Translations under genes and position numbers: made by a program
Shown: in pieces, positions 30,120 to 39,626 of the stretch
Layout of the letters: each line of letters opens with the position of its first letter
Position numbering within the stretch: the stretch's first letter is position 1
DNA from: Gemmatimonadaceae bacterium
GTDB lineage: Bacteria > Gemmatimonadota > Gemmatimonadetes > Gemmatimonadales > Gemmatimonadaceae
Reading direction: 5' to 3'
Assembly (NCBI GenBank): GCA_044224875.1
Contig: JBGAJQ010000020.1
Location: forward strand, 1-62,028
Length of the DNA: 62,028 nt
The notes under the pieces: generated by a model
The model's input: the letters and a program-made list of their open reading frames with translations, nothing else
Database searches by the model: none
Told to the model about the DNA's origin: nothing

Positions 30120-31210
30120 TCCGACGGCTCCTGCATCCGCTGGATCGCTACGTCCTGCGCGAGTTCTCCAAGATCTTCGCCGCGACCAGCCTGGGATTCC
30201 CGCTCCTGGTCACGATCATCGACCTGACGGATAACCTGAACAAGTATCTCAACCGCAACCTGCCGCGCGCCGACATCGCGTTGAGCTACGTGTACTGGAT
30301 CCCGGATAACATGTCGATGGTGTTGCCGGCGGCGACGCTGTTCGCCACGGTGTTCTCCATTGGCCAGTTCACCAGGTACTCGGAGATCACGGCGGCCAAG
30401 GCATCGGGAATCTCGTTCCATCGTCTGGTGCTGCCGATCCTGGCCGGGGCCATCGGGGCCGGAGCCTTGACGTTAGGCATGGGCGAACTTTCCCCCCGCA
30501 CCAACCGGCGCCGGGCGGAGTTGCTGCAGGAAGTCCGCTTCACCACCGGAAGCGAGCGATTCAACTTCGCCTACGCGGCGGAGTTCGGCCGGGTCTACAA
30601 GATTGCGTCGCTGCGCGTGGACCAAGGCGTCATGGACGGCATCCAGATCGAGCGAAAGGGACGGGAGACCGACGGCAGCTATCCCTCATACTTCATCAAT
30701 GCCGAATCGGGACGCTGGAAGGAGCGTCAGGGGTGGAAGCTGCACACAGGCACGCTGCACCTCATTCCCACGAATACGACGAACGTCACCTTCCAGTTCG
30801 ACTCCCTGGTGGACCGGCACCTCATCGAGGCGCCCAAGCAGATGCTCGGTTCGGCCACCGCGCCGCAGGAGATGCGCTACCGGGAACTCGGCAAGTACAT
30901 CGCGGCGCTCGTACGTTCTGGGGGCAATGCCGACGAACTCCGGGTGGAGCGCGCGTTGAAGCTGGCGATCCCCATCACCTGTATCATCATTTCGTTCTTT
31001 GGGGCGCCACTGGCGACCAGCACCCAACGCGGCGGCGCCGCGTACGGCGTGGCCGTCTCCCTCGCCACGACTATCGCCTTTCTCGTCCTGATCCAGCTGA
31101 CCAAGGCCGTTGGCGGCAAGGGCGTGCTCGAACCCGAGCTCGCGGCGTGGCTCCCCAATGCAATGTTTGGGCTGACGGGGCTCATCCTGCTGGCGCGAGT
31201 ACGCACGTGA
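30116..31210 (+). CDS. lptG: LPS export permease LptG-like
   Basis: LDRYVLREF, SEITAAKASGIS, KLAIP, AAWLPN; coupled to lptF. Confidence 0.85.
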   Translation: MIRRLLHPLDRYVLREFSKIFAATSLGFPLLVTIIDLTDNLNKYLNRNLPRADIALSYVYWIPDNMSMVLPAATLFATVFSIGQFTRYSEITAAKASGISFHRLVLPILAGAIGAGALTLGMGELSPRTNRRRAELLQEVRFTTGSERFNFAYAAEFGRVYKIASLRVDQGVMDGIQIERKGRETDGSYPSYFINAESGRWKERQGWKLHTGTLHLIPTNTTNVTFQFDSLVDRHLIEAPKQMLGSATAPQEMRYRELGKYIAALVRSGGNADELRVERALKLAIPITCIIISFFGAPLATSTQRGGAAYGVAVSLATTIAFLVLIQLTKAVGGKGVLEPELAAWLPNAMFGLTGLILLARVRT

Positions 31211-32064
31211 CGCACCACTCGCCGATGTTCGGGTCGCACCGGCCCACCGAAGAATTCCCCATCGTGCAACGCACCGGAATTCTGGTGCTGCGTCGCATCG
31301 CCTGGCTGGGCGTGGGAGTCTTTGGCGGCGTTGGCGCCCGCGTGTACTTTGCCCGCGATGCCATCCGCGCCTTCCTGAGCGAATGGCGTACGTATGCCCC
31401 GCTCACCATGAAGCAGATGCGGGCGATTGGCGTCGACTCGCTGTCGCTCACGGTGATCGTGGCCGCCTTCATCGGCTCGGTCATCGCGCTGCAGACGCGC
31501 TACCAGCTCTTCCCGGGTGTGCAGCTGTCGGTCGTAGGCCTGATCTCTCGGCAGATGATCATCCTCGAGCTCGGACCACTGCTCACGGGACTCGTGCTCA
31601 CCGGCCGCGTGGGTGCGCGCATGACGGCGGAAATCGGCACCATGCGCGTGACCGAACAGATCGACGCCTTGGAAACGCTCTCCTACGACCCGGTGGCGTA
31701 CCTCGTGGTGCCCCGCGTACTCGCGGGCATGCTCATGATGCCGCTGCTCGTCATCTTCGCCAACTTTGTCGGCGTCAGCGTGGCCTTCCTCACGTCGGTC
31801 TTTGCCACCGATGTGACGTGGGCACAGTTCTCCGAAGGATTGCGGCTGTCCTTCAACCTCTTTCAGATTGCCTACTCGCTGATCAAGGCGACGCTCTTTG
31901 GCATGGCGATCGCCTTTCTCTGCTCGTATGAAGGCTACGTGACCGACGTCGGCGCCGAGGGGGTAGGTCGCTCGACAGCGAAGGCCGTCGTCATCACCTC
32001 CGTGAATATCCTCGTGCTCGACTCGCTCACGGCTATTCTCCTCGCACCGCAACTCCAAGGATGA
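31207..32064 (+). CDS. mlaE: MlaE-family ABC permease
   Basis: ELGPLLTGLVLTGRVGARMTAEIGTMRVTEQIDALE, GAEGVGRSTAKAVV; GTG 31207 overlaps the lptG stop. Confidence 0.9.
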   Translation: MTHHSPMFGSHRPTEEFPIVQRTGILVLRRIAWLGVGVFGGVGARVYFARDAIRAFLSEWRTYAPLTMKQMRAIGVDSLSLTVIVAAFIGSVIALQTRYQLFPGVQLSVVGLISRQMIILELGPLLTGLVLTGRVGARMTAEIGTMRVTEQIDALETLSYDPVAYLVVPRVLAGMLMMPLLVIFANFVGVSVAFLTSVFATDVTWAQFSEGLRLSFNLFQIAYSLIKATLFGMAIAFLCSYEGYVTDVGAEGVGRSTAKAVVITSVNILVLDSLTAILLAPQLQG

Positions 32065-32942
32065 AACGACGCGACGAAGTACTCGTGGGCATCTTCACGA
32101 CGGTGGCCGCCCTCGTGCTGGTTATCGGATCGGTGTGGCTGGTGCGCGGCGGACTGCAGGCGGGCTATCCCCTGTACTCCCGGTTCCCGTGGGGTGCAGG
32201 GCTCAAGCAGGGGCAACCGGTGTGGCTGTCCGGCGTGACGGTGGGCTTCGTGGACAAGGTGGAACTGGACATGCGCGGTACGCTCATCGCGACGTATCGC
32301 ATTCGGAAGGAGTATCAGGTACCGCGCGGCTCGACCGCGCAGGTCGTGGCTAACGGTTTCTTCGGAGATCAAGCCATCGCCCTGACGCCCAAGGCGCCGA
32401 ACGACAGCACGTTCGCGCCCGGCGACACGGTCCCGATTGGTCCCATGGCCGTCGGCCTGGCCGGGCTCACCACACGGGCCGACACCATGACGCAGGCGTT
32501 GAACCTGCTCTTGGGCGCGACCAAGGCCCAGATGGTCGACTCGGGCGGTATGGCCGAACTGCGCAAGATGTTCGTCCAATCGGCACGCCTGGCCGCGCAA
32601 CTGAACGAAATTGCCGCACTACAGTCGACCGAACTGCGGACGACCCTCGCCGCCTTCCGACGGAGTGCCAATGCCATCGACTCGGCCGCCGTGGACTCCA
32701 CCGTCAAGTCGATGCGTGCCGCCAGCGCCAACGTTGCGGACGTCACGGCGCAGATGAAGACCACAGTCGACCGGCTGAACACCGTGGTGGCCAAGCTCGA
32801 CAAGGGCGACGGAACCGCCGCCAAGCTCCTGAATGATCCCGGGCTCTACAACGACCTCCGGTCGGTGCTCAGCCGCGTGGATTCGCTCACCGCGGACTTC
32901 AAGAAGAACCCGAAGCGCTACATCGACCTCCGCATCTTCTGA
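32061..32942 (+). CDS. mlaD: MlaD/MCE-family protein
   Basis: N-terminal TM, GLKQGQPVWLSGVTVGFV, helical extension, GTAAKLLNDPGLY, DFKKNPKRY. Confidence 0.9.
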   Translation: MKRRDEVLVGIFTTVAALVLVIGSVWLVRGGLQAGYPLYSRFPWGAGLKQGQPVWLSGVTVGFVDKVELDMRGTLIATYRIRKEYQVPRGSTAQVVANGFFGDQAIALTPKAPNDSTFAPGDTVPIGPMAVGLAGLTTRADTMTQALNLLLGATKAQMVDSGGMAELRKMFVQSARLAAQLNEIAALQSTELRTTLAAFRRSANAIDSAAVDSTVKSMRAASANVADVTAQMKTTVDRLNTVVAKLDKGDGTAAKLLNDPGLYNDLRSVLSRVDSLTADFKKNPKRYIDLRIF

Positions 32943-32951
32943 TCGCCGCCG

Positions 32952-33365
32952 CTAGGCGGTCTCCGGTACCAGAACGGTCGCCTCGCCATCGAGCACGACC
33001 TTTCCCGCCTGATTGCGGCACGTCGTAGCCAAGCGTACCCGACGCGTCGCTTCCGTCAGCTCAACAATGCGCACCTGGACGGTCACGGTGTCTCCCAGGC
33101 GGACTGGCCGCGTGAAGCGCAGCGTCTGGGTGAGGTAGATCGCGCCCGGGCCTGGCAACCGGGTGGCCATGCAGGCAGATACAAAACCTGCGGTCAGCAT
33201 GCCATGCGCAATGCGCCCGCCAAAGCTCGTCGACGTTGCATACGCTTCGTCCAGGTGCACCGGATTGTGGTCGCCGGTCACGTCGGCGAACTGACGGACC
33301 ATGGCGTCGGTGACCGTGTGCGACATCTCGGCCGATTGGCCGACAGAGAGTTCCTCGAAGCGCAT
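32952..33365 (-). CDS. MaoC-family (R)-specific enoyl-CoA hydratase/dehydratase
   Basis: FADVTGDHNPVHLDE..A...FGGRIAHGML, LPGPG, F..PVRLGD; ATG 33365 overlaps the upstream stop. Confidence 0.9.
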   Translation of the reverse strand: MRFEELSVGQSAEMSHTVTDAMVRQFADVTGDHNPVHLDEAYATSTSFGGRIAHGMLTAGFVSACMATRLPGPGAIYLTQTLRFTRPVRLGDTVTVQVRIVELTEATRRVRLATTCRNQAGKVVLDGEATVLVPETA

Positions 33366-34873
33366 CACACCTCCATGATCGCACGGATGTCGGGGTCCGT
33401 CTGCTGCACCGCCGCGTGGCGCGTGGCATACGACACGGCAAAGAAGACGAGCAGCGAACTCGCCAACGCAATGGCCGTCGCGTTCACTGGCAACGTCGCG
33501 AGCCGGAAGTAGCCAAGCGTCTCGAGCCCAAGGGTCAGCCCGGCACCGGTCACGATCGAGGCAATCGCGCCCTGTCGCGTGGCGTTCGGCCAGTTCAAGC
33601 CGACGGCCAACGCCGGCACGATCGTACACGCGAAGAGTCCCCAGCCAAAGATGCCGAGGAACGCCACCAGGCCCTTCGCGCTGGCCGCCAGCGCGGCGGA
33701 AACCACCGTGAGTGCCACGGTCGCCACTCGCGCACCCCCTACCGTGGCGCCAAGCGTGATGCCTAACCCCCGTGGGATATCGTGGGTGATCGCCGCGGCC
33801 CCGACGTTGAGGAACGCGTTCACGGTGCTCATGATCGCCGCCGCGACGCCAGCGAAGACGAGCCCAGCCAGTGCGGTCGGCGCGAAATGCAGGAGAAACA
33901 GCGGCGTGGCATCATCCGGACGCGCGAGCGCAGGAAATTCCCCACGAGCCACCAGGGCCCGCATCAGGATCCCCACACCCACAAAGAGCAGCAGGGTCAA
34001 CGACATCGCCACGGCCATGATCAGCGGATACCATTTGAGCTGCCGGGGGTCGCGGAGCATGTAGAACTTGTGCACCACGTGCGGCTGACCTAACGAGCCG
34101 ATTCCGAACACGAAAAACAGGGAGAGCGCGGCTGTGGGGCCCAACCGACCCCACGGGGACAGGAGCGCCGGATCCGTGCGAAGGATGCTTGTCGACATGG
34201 TGCCGAAGCCTCCCCCGACGCGCCAGACAAGGACAAAGACGGCCACCGACGCGGCAGCCATGAGGCTCCCCTGCAACAAGTCCGTGTACACCCCCGCCCG
34301 GATGCCGCCAGCCACCGAGTAGGTCATGGTGACCAGCGCTCCGATGGCCACCGCGGTCGGCAGCCCCAACGGAAACACCGCGCTCAACACATAGCCTAAC
34401 GCCAACAGGTTCGTGGCGGTGTAGCCGATCACGCCACAGACGATCGCCACCCCCGCAAGACCCTGCGCCGCGGGCGACCGATACCTGGCGCCGATCGCGT
34501 CGGGAATGGTCAGCATCGGGCGTACCTCGGCCAGCAAGCGCAGGCGCTTCCCCAGCACCCACGCGCTCATCGCATTCGTGAGCGAGAGCGGGAGGATGAT
34601 AAATACCGCGCCGAGCCCCACCGCGTACACCAAGCCCGGACCACCGATGAACGAGAACCCGGACAAGCTCGCGGCCATGGCGGCGATGGTCATGGTCCCA
34701 ACGCCCAGGCCACGTCCTGCCAGGAAGAAGTCGGATCGTCCACGCATGCGCCGCGAGGACCACCAGCCGATGCCTAGTGTCAACGCGGCAAAGAGCACCA
34801 TGATCGCGGCGACAGCTGGCTGCCTCACCCATGGCAGCTCCGTCGACTGCAACACCAGCCATCCGAGCGTCAT
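33365..34873 (-). CDS. sodium:solute symporter (PutP/PanF-like)
   Basis: DFFLAGRGLG, SFIGGPG, GGIRAGVYTD..QG, GQPH, AAIMST; many TM helices. Confidence 0.9.
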   Translation of the reverse strand: MTLGWLVLQSTELPWVRQPAVAAIMVLFAALTLGIGWWSSRRMRGRSDFFLAGRGLGVGTMTIAAMAASLSGFSFIGGPGLVYAVGLGAVFIILPLSLTNAMSAWVLGKRLRLLAEVRPMLTIPDAIGARYRSPAAQGLAGVAIVCGVIGYTATNLLALGYVLSAVFPLGLPTAVAIGALVTMTYSVAGGIRAGVYTDLLQGSLMAAASVAVFVLVWRVGGGFGTMSTSILRTDPALLSPWGRLGPTAALSLFFVFGIGSLGQPHVVHKFYMLRDPRQLKWYPLIMAVAMSLTLLLFVGVGILMRALVARGEFPALARPDDATPLFLLHFAPTALAGLVFAGVAAAIMSTVNAFLNVGAAAITHDIPRGLGITLGATVGGARVATVALTVVSAALAASAKGLVAFLGIFGWGLFACTIVPALAVGLNWPNATRQGAIASIVTGAGLTLGLETLGYFRLATLPVNATAIALASSLLVFFAVSYATRHAAVQQTDPDIRAIMEV

Positions 34874-35352
34874 TCAATCGTCGGCGCTGGGCGACCGGCG
34901 CGCAGTTTAGCCAGATCGGCGTCGGTGAGCGTGTCGGCGTCGAAGGTGAACGCATAGATCGCCGGCAGGATGAACAGCGGCAATACCCCCACCACGTACA
35001 GGACCAGGGCCGCGCGGATGGGAAACCCAAGCACCAGCCGAGACGTCGCTGATTCGTCGGCAGGAAGCCAGAGGGCAATCCCAAATCCCGTCAAGCAGGC
35101 CGCCGCCGCGAACGCCAGGGCGACGCGGAAGACACCGCGTCGCGCGCCGCGGCGTCGGATACCAAGGGCGAGAAATCCCACGGCCAGCACGGTGACACCG
35201 AGCACCATCAGCCAGGCTTCCACGATGGGTGCCGAGCGTGTGCTGGCAAGCACGTACGCTACGCCAATCAGCGCCGTCCCCACCACGCACGTGGCCACTG
35301 GCAGGGTCGCGCGCGTTGACGGGCTGCCTAACGCGGACGTCGCCGTCGCCAC
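34870..35352 (-). CDS. hypothetical 4-TM membrane protein
   Basis: Four hydrophobic segments; ATGA-coupled to the SSS gene; start uncertain. Confidence 0.7.
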   Translation of the reverse strand: MATATSALGSPSTRATLPVATCVVGTALIGVAYVLASTRSAPIVEAWLMVLGVTVLAVGFLALGIRRRGARRGVFRVALAFAAAACLTGFGIALWLPADESATSRLVLGFPIRAALVLYVVGVLPLFILPAIYAFTFDADTLTDADLAKLRAGRPAPTIE

Positions 35353-36842
35353 CGAGAGCTTCCGTCCGGCCGGTACGGCGATTCGGCGTCGCGCGCTTGT
35401 GGTTGCGAGCGTCCCTCACCCGCTCGCGCCGACGACGACGTCCCGTGGGTTGGGCGAGATGGGCCGCTGCCACTCGCGGGGCGCGCGCCAGCACCTCCCC
35501 CACCACGAGAAGTCGGTGACGTCCCTTGGGTCGAGCGCGAGGGGCCGCTGCCACTCGCGGGTCGTGGGCTGGCACCTCCCCCACCGCGCGACGCCTCCCG
35601 GCGAGCAGCCTTCTCGGCGGCGCGCTTGCGGTCCTCCGCCTTGCGAGCGCGAATCTCCGCGATGCGATCCTTGAGCGGGATCTCGAGGCGCGTTGTCACC
35701 GCCTGATGGTAGTCGAAGTCGGGGATCGTCACGCGAGGCAAGGCGCGGCCCACCGCCTTCTCGATGGCGCGCAGCTCACCCTCCTCTTCAGGCGCAACAA
35801 AGGTGAAGGCCTCACCCGTCAGCTCGTTCCGCGCCGTTCGCCCCACCCGGTGGATGTAATCCTCCGGCACCATTGGAACGTCGAAGTTGATGACGTGACC
35901 CAGTGCTTCGACATCGATGCCCCGCGCCACGATGTCGGTGGCGACCAGTACGCGCACCTCACCACTCTTGAACCCGGCGAGCGCCGCCGTGCGCTGGGCT
36001 TGCGAACGATTGCCATGGATGCGGCCGGCCGGGACTCCGCCTTTCTCCAGCGCCTCGGCCAAGCGGTTGGCGCGATGCTTTGTACGCGTGAAGATGAGGA
36101 CCTGCTCGATGTCGTGTCGGTTGAGGAGCGCCAGCAGGAGCGCCGTCTTGAGCTCCTGCCGTACCGGATAGATCGCCTGCGTGATGCCGACTGCTGGCGC
36201 CGAACGACGCTCGACGTTGATGCTGACGGGATGATGCAGTAGCTCACGAGACAGCGCCTGGATCGCCGGCGGCATGGTCGCACTGAAGAACAGCGTCTGT
36301 CGCTTGGTTGGCACGTAGCGCAGGACCTTCCGAATCTCCGGAAGAAACCCCATGTCGAGCATCCGGTCCGCCTCATCAAGCACCAAGTGTTCAACGTGGT
36401 CCAACTTGGTGTAAGGCGCCCGCAGGTGATCGAGCAATCGGCCCGGTGTGGCAATGAGCACGTCCACGCCACTTCGGATGGCGTGTTCTTGCGCACCCAT
36501 TCCGACTCCACCAAAGACCGCGGCCGCGGTAATCGGCGTATGGACTGCCAGACCATTGAGGCTCTCGAGAATCTGGGCCGCCAGCTCGCGCGTCGGCGCG
36601 ATGACCAGGGCCCGCGTCTTCCCGCGCGGTCGATCAATCAATCGGTTGAGGATGGGGAGAAGGAACGCCGCGGTCTTTCCACTCCCTGTCATGGCGCACG
36701 CCAGAACGTCCTTGCCGTCGAGCCCCGGAGGGATCGCATCCCCCTGGATGGGAGTGGGGCGCACGAATCCAAGCTCCTTGAGACCTCGCAGCAGGCTGGG
36801 ATGCAGCTTGAACGTGGCAAACGTGGCTTGAGAACCGCTCAC
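35328..36842 (-). CDS. DEAD-box RNA helicase (RhlE-like)
   Basis: PTPIQ, AMTGSGKT, PTRELA, DEAD, SAT, HRVGRTAR; GGAGG upstream of GTG 36842. Confidence 0.95.
   Translation of the reverse strand: MSGSQATFATFKLHPSLLRGLKELGFVRPTPIQGDAIPPGLDGKDVLACAMTGSGKTAAFLLPILNRLIDRPRGKTRALVIAPTRELAAQILESLNGLAVHTPITAAAVFGGVGMGAQEHAIRSGVDVLIATPGRLLDHLRAPYTKLDHVEHLVLDEADRMLDMGFLPEIRKVLRYVPTKRQTLFFSATMPPAIQALSRELLHHPVSINVERRSAPAVGITQAIYPVRQELKTALLLALLNRHDIEQVLIFTRTKHRANRLAEALEKGGVPAGRIHGNRSQAQRTAALAGFKSGEVRVLVATDIVARGIDVEALGHVINFDVPMVPEDYIHRVGRTARNELTGEAFTFVAPEEEGELRAIEKAVGRALPRVTIPDFDYHQAVTTRLEIPLKDRIAEIRARKAEDRKRAAEKAARREASRGGGGASPRPASGSGPSRSTQGTSPTSRGGGGAGARPASGSGPSRPTHGTSSSARAGEGRSQPQARDAESPYRPDGSSRWRRRRPR
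35430..35591 (-). repeat. 81-bp imperfect tandem duplication in the helicase C-terminal tail
   Basis: SRGGGGASPRPASGSGPSRSTQGTSPT / SRGGGGAGARPASGSGPSRPTHGTSSS; GGGCCGCTGCCACTCGCGGG occurs twice. Confidence 0.85.
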
Positions 36843-37039
36843 GAAACCTCCCAAGAGTTGTCGTTCAGGCATCTGGCCGACGCCATTCACCCACGGTACA
36901 CTCGCTCGGTACTTCCCGCATGTCCGTCATCATGTACACAGATGCCGAGACCAGCCGCGACACGATGTCGGTCGTCACGGCGCTCAGGGAATGTAGTCGC
37001 TCGATCAACACAGATGCCTCTTCACCTCGAGATTCCCAA

Positions 37040-37291
37040 ATGCCCGTGACGCTCTCGCCGGATGACAGGAAACGCGCGCTCGGCTCCATCAAGCGCTACT
37101 GCGCGGAGCACATGGACCAGGAGATTGGTGACCTGCAGGCGGGTTTGTTGCTGGACTACTTTCTCACGGAGCTTGGGCCATCCGTTTACAACGCGGCCAT
37201 TGGTGACGCGCGAGCGTACCTGCGGGAACGGGTGGAGGATCTCGAGGGTGCGTGTTACGAGCGTGAGTTCGCCTATTGGAAGTCGCGCTGA
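37040..37291 (+). CDS. DUF2164-family protein
   Basis: 83 aa; SIKRY...EIGDLQAGLLLDYFLTELGPSVYN.AI.DA..YL. Confidence 0.8.
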   Translation: MPVTLSPDDRKRALGSIKRYCAEHMDQEIGDLQAGLLLDYFLTELGPSVYNAAIGDARAYLRERVEDLEGACYEREFAYWKSR

Positions 37292-37461
37292 GTCCAGCGC
37301 CCAATTCCGCGGCGCGCGTACCTCATGAAGGAACTCGAAGGTCTGCGTTACGCCGCGAATTCACTTGTGAGCATCGCACTGGGTGCAGCGCCCATTGCCT
37401 GCTATCCGTAGTGCACAAGGCTGGCTCGTGCCGGCCGTGATGACCTTAGCCGAGAGCTACG

Positions 37462-38661
37462 ATGCGAACACGACGTGCCTTGATCGCCGCGACCGGAGTA
37501 CTGATGGCCCTGTCGGCGCCTGGCGCCGCGCAGACTGCCTCGGACGCCGATCCGATCGCTGAACTTGTTAGGCGGCTGGATCTCGAGCGGTACAAGGCCA
37601 CGATCAAGGGTCTGACACAGTTCGGGGATCGTCGGCAAGGCACGGACCGGAATCGGGCTGCCGTCGATTGGATCGAGGCGCAGCTGAAGAGCTATGGTTG
37701 CACCAACGTCGAACGCGTCCGGTACGACTTCCAGCCGGCGCCACCGCGCGCGGCAACCGCCGCCACTCCTCCGCGACCGGGATCGGTGCCGCCGGCACAG
37801 GGGGGAGCGCGCTTCCGCGGCGTTCGCGGCAAGACCGGAGTGAACACGGACTCGCTCGCCCAGCCAGACACGGCGCTACGTCGGATCAACATGCAGCCAA
37901 CGACTCCCGGCATACGCGAGGAAGTCATCTGCATCAAGGTGGGGTCCGTGCATCCGGAGGAGATGTACATCGTGGGTGGACACATGGATGGCCATGGCTG
38001 GGGAGAGGCCGCCAATGACGACGGGAGTGGCACGGCGATCGTGATGGAGCTGGCGCGCATCCTGAGCTCGCCGGATGTCGTCACCGAACGTTCGATCCGG
38101 TTTGCGCTGTGGAACAACGAGGAGACGGGCCTGAACGGTGCCCGAGCGTACGTGGCACAGCGTCAGGCACTGCAGGGCAAGGAGGACCCCGCCGGGTCCG
38201 GGAAGTATCCCGAACCCAAATGGTTAGGCATGATCCAGCACGACATGATGCTGTTCGACCATGGCATGCCGCGCGCGGACGGTACGCTGAGCCCCGAGCA
38301 GCGTCCGGAGGCCGACGTCAACATCGAGTTCCAGTCCGCGTCAAAGATGTCGGCAGAATCTCAGCGTCTGGCGTGGATCGTTCACGCGGCCAACGAGAAG
38401 TACGCGACGGACTACCCGGCTGCCGTCGGACCGCACATGACCAACACCGATAGTGGTCCCTTTCAGGATCTCATTCCCTCGATCAGCCTTCGCGAGAACG
38501 AACGGGGGCGCGAGATCGGTGCCGGCTGGGACCCGCACTGGCACCAGCCGACGGATCGTTTCACCACCTTCAGTGACAAGGATTTTCGACTCGGCTTGAA
38601 CGCGGCGCAAAGCACGTTAGGCGCGCTGGGCATGTTGACCGGCGTCACGTTGAAGAAGTAG
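37462..38661 (+). CDS. exported M28-family peptidase
   Basis: Signal peptide ending GAA-Q; GGHMD, AANDDGSG, WNNEETG, HDMM, HWHQPTD. Confidence 0.85.
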   Translation: MRTRRALIAATGVLMALSAPGAAQTASDADPIAELVRRLDLERYKATIKGLTQFGDRRQGTDRNRAAVDWIEAQLKSYGCTNVERVRYDFQPAPPRAATAATPPRPGSVPPAQGGARFRGVRGKTGVNTDSLAQPDTALRRINMQPTTPGIREEVICIKVGSVHPEEMYIVGGHMDGHGWGEAANDDGSGTAIVMELARILSSPDVVTERSIRFALWNNEETGLNGARAYVAQRQALQGKEDPAGSGKYPEPKWLGMIQHDMMLFDHGMPRADGTLSPEQRPEADVNIEFQSASKMSAESQRLAWIVHAANEKYATDYPAAVGPHMTNTDSGPFQDLIPSISLRENERGREIGAGWDPHWHQPTDRFTTFSDKDFRLGLNAAQSTLGALGMLTGVTLKK

Positions 38662-38696
38662 CGGCCGGCGAGCCGCCGGCGTGTTACTGTTCGCGG

Positions 38697-39605
38697 ATGA
38701 CCGCTACGTCCCCCATCGGCCGGCGACGGAGTCGCCAATGGCGACACCGAGCTGCCGCCGCGTTCGTGATGGCCTGGTGTGCGGGCTGCGCCGCGGCGGC
38801 GTCCCCCACCACGGCGGCGGCGCCCGCCGGCTGGACGCTGGCGTGGGGCGACGAATTCAACGGGCCGGCCGGTGGGTCGATCGACACGACGCGCTGGTCC
38901 TATGACCTGGGAGACGGCTGCGCGAGCGGCAACTGCGGCTGGGGAAACCAGGAGCGCGAGTACTACACGAACCAGCGAGAGAACGTCTCGCTGAACGGCA
39001 GTGGCCAGCTGGTCATCGTGGCGCGCATCGCGCCCGCGGGTTTGAGCTGCTACTACGGCGCGTGCCGGTACACGTCAGCCAAGGTGAAGACCCAGGGAAA
39101 GCGCGTGGCATCGCCTGGGCGTGTGGAGGCACGCGTCCGACTGCCGGCGGGCCAGGGACTCTGGCCGGCGTTCTGGATGCTAGGCAGTTCGTTTCCGTCG
39201 ACGCCTTGGCCCGCGTCCGGCGAACTGGACATCATGGAAAACCACGGGAGCAATCCCCGCTCGACGAGTTCGGCGATACACGGTCCGGGCTACTCCGGAA
39301 ACACGCCCTTTGTGCACGGTCACGAGTTGCCGCCAGGAGCCAGCGCTTTTTCGGAAGCGTTTCACACGTTCGCCGTGGAGTGGAACGCGAGCCAAATCGT
39401 GTTCTTCGTCGATGGAGAGGCGCACTACACGGTCTCGCGCGCCGAGATCGAGCAGCGTGGCGCGTGGGTGTTCGACCAGCCCTTCTTCGTGATCTTGAAC
39501 CTGGCGGCCGGAGGGATATTCGACGGCCACCCGGCGTCGGACGCGATCTTCCCGGCCACCATGTTGGTGGACTATGTGCGCGTCTTCACCCGGGCCGGTG
39601 GCTGA
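38697..39605 (+). CDS. GH16 beta-glucanase (laminarinase-like)
   Basis: W.DEFNG, GWGNQE.EYYT, GQGLWPAFWMLG, GELDIMEN (ExDxxE), FDQPFFVILNLA, MLVDYVRV; start uncertain. Confidence 0.9.
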   Translation: MTATSPIGRRRSRQWRHRAAAAFVMAWCAGCAAAASPTTAAAPAGWTLAWGDEFNGPAGGSIDTTRWSYDLGDGCASGNCGWGNQEREYYTNQRENVSLNGSGQLVIVARIAPAGLSCYYGACRYTSAKVKTQGKRVASPGRVEARVRLPAGQGLWPAFWMLGSSFPSTPWPASGELDIMENHGSNPRSTSSAIHGPGYSGNTPFVHGHELPPGASAFSEAFHTFAVEWNASQIVFFVDGEAHYTVSRAEIEQRGAWVFDQPFFVILNLAAGGIFDGHPASDAIFPATMLVDYVRVFTRAGG

Positions 39606-39626
39606 TGCCGGACCGGGCGCGCTCAC

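Noticed and set aside
37325..37411. 28-codon ORF MKELEGLRYAANSLVSIALGAAPIACYP
   Set aside because: No RBS, no recognisable motif and no other support.
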